The position numbers were made by a program, and so were the translations under genes. A DNA stretch of 31,135 nucleotides from Selaginella moellendorffii (taxonomy: Eukaryota > Plantae > Lycopodiophyta). The stretch spans positions 26,855-57,989 of the forward strand of contig NW_003314278.1 in assembly GCF_000143415.4 (NCBI RefSeq), written 5' to 3'. The notes below the pieces were generated by a model. The model ran no database searches. It was not told the origin of the DNA and saw only the letters and a list, made by a program, of their open reading frames with translations. Shown one piece after another: positions 10,708 to 20,216 of this stretch. Position 1 is the stretch's first letter; every line of letters begins with the position of its first letter.

Positions 10708-12481
10708 TCTTACCCGCGACGATTGTGATGGTATAAAAAAATAGGAGCCATTGGAGGTTCTTTAACTCCCACAGGTCCTCAAAGTCAGCGAGATCACTCA
10801 TTTAAACAAAATATTTAAACAAATATTTACTGCCCCAAGGTACCATCGTACTTTGTAAGTTGTAATGCTTTTAAGCTGCTCGCCCCAGAGATTGTGAAGA
10901 CCTCGCCTTGTAGTCATGAATGGATGAATCCAGAGCTCTTTTCTCCATCACTTTTAGCTTTTAGACGAAAAGAAGAGAACTGCTGTGACTAGTGGGTCAC
11001 TTGATTTGGGCTGGTGGTGGTGACAAACAGCAAGCGCAAAAACTCGAGTGGCATCCATCCCTCAAGCTTCTTTTCTAGGGGGCAACTTTCATCTCTCTCT
11101 TGGAAGGAAAAACCGGCTAGAGTTCATGCATGAACATGAACGGGAATATATTCGCCCAAAAATCAAAAAGAAAAACAAATCTCTGACGTGCGCATGGATT
11201 AAATTTGTCAAAATAATGCAACGCATGCTGATGGTGTGTGTGTAAGTGTGCGTGCATCAAAATCAAGGGTGGCATGGCATGGCCCCTCCGTACGCCCAAA
11301 TTGCACCCCAAGGCACACAGTATATTGTGACCACCCCTGCCGCCCTCAGTGTGTGTGTGTGGTGCCAACTGTAAGGCAGTAAAGGCGGCCACTGCCACGG
11401 TTGTACGGCCCCGAGCCTCATCAAGGCGCCGAACCAAGCCGACCATACCCGGACGCCCACGTCACCACCGCGGTCGCACGGCAACCGCACCACGTCACGG
11501 ACGCGGACTGACGCGGTCACGCACGTCCCTGACCGCGGTAGGGTTAAGCTATGGAAGGATATCTTTTTTTTTCTGATCTCTGCCACGCAGAGAAAGAATT
11601 CCCATAGCCCCATGCTATCCAGCGAACAGAAAAGGGGAAAGCGAGAAATCCCTGTATCGCGACTAATCAGCTCTCTCGATCTCGATCAATCAAGCAAAGC
11701 TTGGGATGAATTGGGCAATTGCTTTCCTTGACTTGGAAAATCGCAGGGCGGGGCAGGGCAGAGTGTTTTTTTGCTGCCCCTGGGCTGTGCATCGGATTGG
11801 ATCGCAACATCTCGGATGTGCGAGACGTCCATCCTCTTGCAGGCGAGGAGGAGGGCACAGCGCACAGGCCATTACTGATTCTTCCACCCGCAACTTGCCC
11901 ATCTCGGCATTTCATTTCACCTCTCTCGTTCAGACACGACGACACGAGGCCACAATCATGCTCTGCGCGACGGCGATCGCCGATGAATCGATCGGAGATC
12001 ATCACGGACCTTGCTTTAGCTAAAACAGGGGATTGCGAGCGATTTCCTCTATAATTCCAGAAATCTAGAGGGCTGGGATCTTGATTTCCAGTAGGATCTT
12101 GGATCCCGCCAACGACAACAAGACGCGCAGATCGGCGCATAGAAAGAGCCAAAAGATCGAAAGAAAACAGAGCCAATTTCAAACACCAAACGCAGGGGAA
12201 AACAGGGGAGAGGCAGGCATTGCCCATCAATTCCATGGCAGCAAGGCAAAGCAAGCAACCAAACCATGCCACCACCATCTCCATCTCGCTCCAGCTCCAA
12301 TTCAATGAGACTCGGACGACCAAAACCAGGCAGACAAGGAACCGACCCTCACTGAGCACACTCCAGTGATGGAGATGGAGACCGATTCCACCCTCGACAA
12401 ATTCAAGAGCGCTCGGATCTCGTCTCCCCGCTGCTTTGGCCTCTAAAAAGCGATTGATATTAGTATAGAGAGATCATAGTA

Positions 12482-12483
<2 letters not shown>

Positions 12484-12514
<31 letters not shown>

Positions 12515-12518
12515 CTCT
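12484..12518. repeat. (CT)n/(GA)n microsatellite, probably in the PLATZ 3' UTR
   Basis: Directly visible in the sequence. Confidence 0.9.
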
Positions 12519-12698
12519 CGCTAAAAAGGAAGAAAGACATCACAAGAAAAAGAGAAAACCTTGCGCTCTTGACCTTGCTGCTGCTGCTGGAATTCGAAAC
12601 TTACCTTGGTGAATCTCTATCAAAACTTCCAGAACCTTTGAAACAGTGATGTGATCGTGTTGACGCGAATCCTCTCGGTGTTCTTCTCGGTGTGTTGC

Positions 12699-14406
12699 TC
12701 TACAGTGCTCGAATTGTAGTTAGCGTTGCCACAGGAGTAGTGAGGCCCGACGATCTCATCCAAATCACTCACCACAGAGGAGATCTGTGAGGCACTCCTT
12801 TCCTGTGCTTGCTGCTGCTGCTACTGCCACTACTCCCGCCAATGTTGGCCAGGAACTTGGCCGCGGTCGTCGATCGATGACTCCTAAACTTCTTCATAGG
12901 CGGATTGGGATTCACAAACATCGACGTTCGTGCCGCCGCGGACTCGCCGAAATCGCACGAGATGCTGTCCTCTTCGTCGTCGCCCGAGGATCCCGAGGAT
13001 GTGGGCGACGAGGAATTGGCGTCCTCGAGCACGGAATTGGGCGACATCTCCTCGTCGCTGTCGGATTTGAGGCTCTCGGCGGGCGAGAGCACGAAGAAGT
13101 CATCGGGCTGGGCGTTGCTGGCGCCCTGGCGTGGGGCGAGGCTAGAGAGATCCTTTCCCCTGCGGACCACCGCATCCACCTGATCGAAAGGGAGAGAGAC
13201 ACACAAGAATCCAAGGTCAATTCTCTAGATTTTATGGATCCGAGTGCTCCAAATCGACCGATCGGTTACCTTGCAGGCCAGCGAGCAGTAGCGATAGGCG
13301 TCTTGCAAGCTCCTCTCGCACGTCTCGCAGGAATTTCCAAAGCCCCGGGAAGGCCGCGGTTGTGGGCGCTGATTTAGAAACACGACTCGCGCGCTGTTAA
13401 TGATATAAGTCTGCATCGCACAGAGGAATGTGTAACGGTCGGTGGAAGCAACAAAGGAAAACCAAAAAAAATCGAGAAGAGAAGAGAAGAGTGGTGGAAT
13501 TCCTCCTTGAATTTCACCACTCTCGACGGCGAGAAAGAAACATTCCAAACAGAGCTTCTGCGATGATCGACTGAAATGTTACCTGGACGAGCGCGCAATC
13601 CACGAATTTTTGGATGTCTTGGAGGCGGATGACATCGTGGTAGACATATCTCCTCACCTGCGCCACCGATCGAGAGAGGGGTGTGTCAATTTCCCTCCAA
13701 TTGGCAAGAAATGGGAGAGGGGGCAATTCACCAACTCGGCGAGAGATCGCCCAATTGGTGGTTCTGGAATTGCGAATTCCCGTCGCTGGATGGGATCTTA
13801 CCTGGAGGAGGCGGTGGGATTGATGCGCGGGGAGGCAATGCTGGCAGATGCCATAGCTGCAATCCACGCAAAAGACATTGCGCTCGTTCTTCTTGATGGT
13901 CGAGTGAGATGGGCAGGCCACGAAGAACTTCTCCGTGAGCAATGCCTCCAACCACGCTGGCCTCTGAGGCATCGCGCCAAGCTTCAGGCTATAGCCCACC
14001 TGGCAAGAACAACAAAGAAAGAAAAAAAAAGAAGAGGAAATCGATCAAAACTCGCCAAGGGAAAGAATTTGATGCATGGATTGGAATGTTGCTGCGCATG
14101 GATCAAGAGAGAGAGAGAGAGAGGGGCATGGATTGGAGCTGAAAAGACTGAATTTCCCCTTTGTTCTCGTTACCTAGGCCGGAATTTTTCTTGCGCGCGC
14201 TCGCTCGCTTCTCGCGAGAGATTTTCCTCGACTGGGACAACACAATGTGGCACGAGGCAAGAGAAGAGAGGATCAAGAATGGAGAGATGATGCGAGAAAT
14301 GTGCGTTCTAGAGTTGCGAAGCAGGGGCAAATTCGCGGCAGATCGAGCACCGCGCCCCTCGTTCGGCTCGGAATTGGAGGGCTCGGCGTTGAGAATCACG
14401 CACCAT
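12699..14406 (-). CDS. PLATZ: PLATZ zinc-dependent transcription factor
   Basis: Exons: 14406-14404 (ATG only), 13999-13802, 13657-13583, 13410-13270, 13179-12773 and 12699 (stop split TG|A). If that last intron is retained, the stop is at 12769. Motifs: PAWLEALL.EKFF..C..H....KNERNVFCVDC...ICQHC...H..H.LLQVRRYVYHDVIR, QTYIINSARVVFLNQRPQ, C.TC.RSLQD.YRYCSL.CKV and C-terminal RKGVPHRSPL. Confidence 0.95.
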
Positions 14407-17400
14407 AGGCACAGCTACAAGAAGATCCTCCTCCAAGAATTCCTCCTCACAAAACTCTCTGGAGAGCACAGCCGCCGATGGAAGTAAATGGTCTCATCCG
14501 CCATAGCCAACCCTCGCGGGCAGTGCATATAGAAAGCGAGGGAAGGCCCTGCCACATCGTGGCCGTTGCTACCACCAATCGGACGGTGGGCAGCAGTAAA
14601 ACCCTCCTGCCCGCACCGTCGGATTCAGCCATTTACTCGACGGTTCCCGTTGCCGGGATGGACGCGCCAGATGCGCCGCCCAGGGCAATCCAACGGCGGC
14701 ATTCCATGCCAACTGGAGCCCCGAGGCCGTGGCAACTTGGGGGCGAATTTCGGTCCGTCGATATCGCCCAGATCCAACCGTCAGAAACAACTCGCATGCA
14801 AGGTTTGTACCGCGCGGGAAATGGCGCGCTCCCCCCTGGGCTTGTAAAATATGCTAGATACGTACATTTATCAATGTATGGGTTTTAAATTCCCCTTGTC
14901 GTGGCCGCTCTTCCCCCCAGGGCATCTCTCCTCGCATATCCCGACGTAATATTCGCAGAATATTTCCCTCTCTAGCACAAGAACCCAAAAGTATGGCCTT
15001 TTTAGATAGATCTCGCGAACTATGTAAAATATTCTGGCAAACACCACACCACAAGTGCCGCTCCCAAGGTTCGAGCCCGGTGTCTCGCCCATGGAACACA
15101 AAATCTGACTAAAGAGATAACCTTGTCGGGGCGATAATCGTCCTTTATATCTTTCACCCCGCCACCCCGGATAGAAAAAAGAGTAACATAGTTTCACAGA
15201 CAGGGTCACATGCGTGGCCCAAGCTCTAGATTCCGGGTCGCGGTAAATATTCTATAAACCCAAAACACGACCATCTTTTTCTGCCGCTGTGCTTGTTTAT
15301 CCCGTTGATTAATGTTATGGTACTAGCCGCATGTGGGGTGTCACCATCGAGAGAGAGAAAACTGGCCTCTTGGGTGACAGCGAGCTCTCGGTCCATCGCG
15401 GTTTCGTTCAAACGCGGGATATTCCAGGAAATTAGGGTTTGCGGGTTTGACCGGGAAAGGGGACCGGCTTTTTTGTTTACCAATGCGCCATCAAGAAGAG
15501 GGTCCAATCCAATCCAGCAGAATGGAATTCTTAGATTGCTAGAGTGGTCTTTTTGGGTTATTACCCGTACAAAGTTTTGGATTGAGAGATAAATCACAAG
15601 CTTCTGGGAGTTGATCTTCTTTGAATTTAGACTTCGCAAGTGCAAGCAAGTCCAAGCAAAGCTACAGTGGGATGGGTTGCCAAAACTTGGGATGTTTGTA
15701 TGTTTTCCTGTTCCTGGAACTGACAAAAATGGGGAGCGCAATCAAGATTTTTGCTTGTACGCGTATTCTCTCAATCATACAACCCCAAACACCATACCAG
15801 TAGGAAGAATGCCAGCAACAACCGCAACATACCCGTCAGAGCGCTTTGAATGTTATGCAGGTTTGCCCCGGCCGTATGGATAGGCAGGTAGAGAGATGTT
15901 TTTGGAAGTATATACCAACAATCTCCATCGCCCTAACTACCACCAAATACATGTATAAAATATGCACTCGCCACCTTTTTTGTGTATGAATTGGAAGGAA
16001 AGGTGGCACCAGCGCTATGGAACATGGGAGAGTGGTGTCAACTTTGCAGCTGCAGCTTCTGCTGCTGCCAGGAGGCCCCATTTCATCCATCAACTTTTGC
16101 GCTCAGGGGTTTTAGGGCGTTTTCGGTCTCGGCAGCAAGCAACGAGAATGCCGCTGCTGGAGGAATGAATGTGTCTTGTGAAATTTGTGGTGCTAGACAA
16201 GGATAGATTGGAAATTTTAAGAGCCCGGAAAATGATAGGGGCATTATTTACAACAGGCAGAGTGTGGCCATTTATTGGCGGCGAGTGTAACGCGCCCAAG
16301 CGACTGGTCGTGCCTGGCACGTGGCAGGGTGCTACTGGCTCCAGGTGGCAGGTTTGGGTTGACCGCGGTCGCCGCGACAACCGCGCGGTAGCACTCGTAC
16401 GGCTTAGGGCTGGTTTTATAAGTTGATGAGAGCTCGTGAATCTTTTGATAAAACAAGGAGCATCGAGGGAAGGGAAAGACAAAGAATGCCCTTCTTTGTT
16501 ATTGTATCGCCTTCCAGCCGCTTGGTGTTGACCGTCTAGTCCATCCAATTCTACTTCTTGAATCCCACCTTTCTCTCCTTTCAACGCCGCGCATTTGTAC
16601 AAAATCCCAAATCTTTGCGTACCGCCACCTTTGCCACCAAAAGCCCAAAGCGTCTCTGTACGCCTACCATAGGTACATCGAGACAATATACAAGCAAATC
16701 TCTGTCTGAAGCTCCCAACGAGGGGAGAAAAACTATCCATTTCGGAGCTCTAAAGCTAAGCATTTATATCCCAAGATCGCGCAGTCCCAGTCATCTTCGC
16801 AACAGCGAGCTGGCTGGCTCGCGAGACTTGACCACGGCAAAAGCTCGACTTAAAATCTCTTTGCGGCACACTTGGGCGAGGAAGCCGGCGAGGAAGCCCG
16901 ATCCATGGGATTCTCGGATCTCTGAATCCGGGGATTTATTAAACCGCGCCCCAAAGTCTCCCTCAAAGGGAGAGTTCCGACGCATCAACACCACCACCAT
17001 CTTCTATATTGCTTGATTTTCTATCAAACTAGTTATTCTAAAGGTGGTGCACCCGTGTGCGTGCGTGGTATAGTGCATAGCATTTTGTATAATTCCCTTG
17101 CTTTCGCTTTGCTTGCGCTACCAGGTTGGATCATGCGACCGGCATTTTAATTTGATTAAACCCTAAGCAGTCAAAGGTTTGACCGGCTTATCCGTTCACG
17201 TACATCCCCATCGCATGGCATGCAAGCGTACATCCGGTATCATCATCGCGCATATAGCACGCAGGGCTACGTGGCGTGTGCCCATGGCCTCCGTGACAGG
17301 CATTCATGTTCGCCTGGCCCTAGATACTAGGGGCCCCACTTTCGCGACACGCGCGCCCTACCACCTTTCCCTTCCCGCGCAAAACTAAAAGACCTAAAAC

Positions 17401-17525
17401 AAATATTCGTCGAATCCTTCCAGCTTTAAAAGCCAGCCCGCTAAAGTGTAGAGATGGGCCGCAAGTGGGATTTTTTTGTCCGAAGGTTGTACACCATGTG
17501 GACAAAGAATTTGACTTAACGCACA

Positions 17526-19900
17526 CTATCTCTGGCTCTCTTTCTTTCGCTTTATCGTCTTCTCGCAACTGTTTTTTTCCTCTTTTTTTTTCTCGAGCAA
17601 GCTCTTGCGCGGCTCTGCGGCTCCTGCTGGTGCTTTGGAACTCACATTTTTTTTCTCTTTTGCGGCAGGCTTCTTTGCGCTGTAAGGGTACTCGGACGGT
17701 GCATGCCACAGGCCCCAAAGTATGGCGAGATGACAAGCGAGCAGTACCAGCGACGAGGTTGCGGTAGATGGATAAACATTCCAAACGCTTTCGATGAGGA
17801 TCAAGAGGAGCAGCCTGGAAAAGCAAAGAGATTTCCATCAGAGTATCAAAACAACGCACTTCGTGACACCGGTCCTGGGGATGGCAATTACTTTACCACT
17901 GCGCACCCCCCCGTCATTTACCTCACTGGAGTCGGCAAAGGCGCCTTCCAAAGTAGATATGGCAAGCTATAAAAGTACCTGACAAAATCACGGGCCACAA
18001 CACAAATGTGTTCTGCCTATATGGCTCATCAAAGTCAAATCGGCATACCAGGAGTAGAACTGGTAGTGAAGGGAGCGCGCAGCAATTATGCCAATAAAAT
18101 TTCCAGTGAAGAGGACTCCCACGACATCTGTACCGGTTTTGTCAATACGAATCAAATCAATCAATATACCGAGAGGGAATTCAAGTTGAAAGCATACGTT
18201 CTTGGCCTAGCGTCTGTCGCCGCGGCAAGCTCCAAGCCTTGCTCCATAACGACAACCGCTTCCCGCTCCTTCGCAGCATTGTTTGTATCCCAGATGCTGC
18301 TGCCATACCCTTCTCGTGCCTGCATTAACCATGGGAAGCCATTTAACGTCAAGCCTGAGTCTTATGCTACGGCAACCAAAATTACTTGCACCACTTGCGC
18401 TGGGAGAAGAGGAACAGCAAGCCTACGTGCAGTACCATCAAGAGGAGAGCGAAGATTTTTGATACGAAAAATCTCTCTGGAACAAACTTGAAGTTCACGG
18501 ACCTGAAAAAGAGGGAAAAAAAACACAACACAACTCCAATATCTGAAAAGTGCACAAGGCAGGCAGATGACCGTACCAGAAGTGAATAAAGACGCGACCC
18601 AAATTAAAAGCCCTTGAAATATATGCTGCAGGGTACGTTGTCAAGAAGGGGAGTCCTAGGAAAACCTGATAACAAAGTCGTTAATGAGGGCTTTTTTAGT
18701 TAGAGCCAAACCGAAATCCAACCTGTATAAGTGCTGCCACCATCAGAGCGACAAAAACACCGCCGAGTGATAGGGCCTGCAAACAAAAAAAAAGTAAGAT
18801 AAAGCAGCCCGACAGAAGCTTTACTTACTTTACACAGGAGCAGCAGAAGCGAGGGAGCATACAGGAGCACGCTCATCTTAACCGAGACGGCAAGACTGCG
18901 GAAAAGCTGGTTTGAGAATGAACAAACACGAACAGATTCGATTCATACCTGAACACAGCCATACCGACATACCACCATTGTGACATGAAGAGGGCGATAG
19001 AAGCATGCGCGAGAGTGATCGCCACACAGTCATTGAATAGGCGAAGGACAAAGATGGAATGTAGTCGCTTTGATAAAGTCAGCAGGAAAATCGCCCACCA
19101 AGGAACCTACTGCACAATTCACATTCCAGAGAAGGTATGTTACACACGCAGTGCCACCAAATTTGACCAACACTCACCACGCGAGTTCTCACGTAAATTG
19201 AAAGAACCAGACCCAGGTTCACCAAGTAAAGAAGCGCAAAGATAACCTGAAGAAAGACTCCATTTCAAGAGAAAGATGAAAAACAAGGAGGCAGCAAACC
19301 TGAGCAGAAGAAACTGCTCCACCAGTGAGGTATCGTATAGCCGAGTAAACATACAGAAACCCTGCCGGGTAGACCAAAGGTCCAGTGTCGCCTCTGAGCT
19401 CCTCGTAGTTTCTTTCGCCAGACAGAAATCCAAACACCTAAAAAACATCATCAAACATGAAGAACATTTTTTCCTTTCTCTCAAGCTCACCTGTGCCATG
19501 TACGCATCCCAGTCGATCTTCGTGTCTAAAATGAATAGAAAAAGCAAGATTCGTGAATCGGAAAAAACAAATCAAGCAAAAGAGTGCCACGAAAAATGCC
19601 CTCAGATCTCATAGCTATAAGAGCATCAAGCGAGCGGTTTTCTTCGCAGACACTCCGAGTAGTGGGAATCAAAAACAGCACCAGCAGCAGCAAGCAGCGT
19701 ACAAGCAATAGGGGGGAGGGAAGGAGTGGCTGCTTTGCCGCTCTAGGTCAGCTCAAATGTTTGTGCATCACCGGGCGATCGATCGATCGAGGAGAAAGAT
19801 CAGTGAACTTACATGAGACATTCTTGACAACCAGAGCGGTGAGTACCGAATCAAACGCGAAGGCGACGAGCGCCACGATCAGGCAGGGCCGCCATTCCAT
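17526..19900 (-). CDS. ALG3: Dol-P-Man:Man5GlcNAc2-PP-Dol alpha-1,3-mannosyltransferase, multi-exon
   Basis: ATG 19900; exon 1 19900-19813, exon 2 19525-19491 ([13 protein letters not shown]). Later exons give [64 protein letters not shown]...[25 protein letters not shown] and [16 protein letters not shown]. The 3' end is uncertain (17526 as read, possibly 17642; see findings). Confidence 0.95.
19598..19776 (-). ncRNA. Intronic box C/D snoRNA/scaRNA (~179 nt) in ALG3 intron 1, predicted guide for Cm34 of elongator pre-tRNA-Met(CAU)
   Basis: Terminal stem GCCC/GGGC (19776-19773 with 19601-19598). Box C GUGAUGC (19771-19765), D' CUGA (19751-19748), C' UUGAUGC (19629-19623) and D CUGA (19605-19602), with a long D'-C' hairpin. 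D guide UAGCUAUGAGAU (19617-19606). The host intron is 287 nt, whereas neighbouring introns are roughly 50-70 nt. Confidence 0.82.
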
Positions 19901-20216
19901 GACGAACCCTAAAACCTACCAAAACCTAAAATTCTAGAACCCTGCGATTATAGTTTAAAAGCTTATTGCTAATAAACACAAAGTTGTGTGAAAATCGGAT
20001 AAGAAGTCGGCATAGCGTTATGGAAGAATGGGGCCACCAAAGTGGTGCACTAGACGAAAAGCGAGACGATTCTATTGCCTGCTTACTTCTCACTTGATCG
20101 AAATCGATCATCATCCATCTTAAATTTGCAATGAACAGAGCAAATCAATAAAAGAACCTCGTCAACTACAAAAGATTATCACGTTTGTTCGGCAGCGAGC
20201 GATCAAACGCACTGTT

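Noticed and set aside
11740-11830. Short hairpins as a miRNA precursor
   Set aside because: The stems are too short for a 21-nt duplex and show no match to conserved plant miRNA families I recall.
11667-12359. 230-aa minus-strand ORF and overlapping ORFs
   Set aside because: Non-ATG start and no recognisable domain; more likely PLATZ 3' UTR or intergenic sequence.
15030-15090. Possible tRNA or tRNA-derived SINE around GGTTCGAGCCC
   Set aside because: Only a T-loop/B-box-like motif is present; there is no A box, acceptor stem or cloverleaf.
17157-17166. AAACCCTAA (also TTAGGGTTT ~15432, AACCCTAA ~19905) as telomere or telomerase RNA template
   Set aside because: Single telo-box-type copies, with no USE+TATA promoter or TR structure seen.
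14500-17400. Numerous 60-216 aa ORFs upstream of PLATZ
   Set aside because: No motifs and no consistent exon chain; consistent with GC-moderate regulatory/intergenic DNA.
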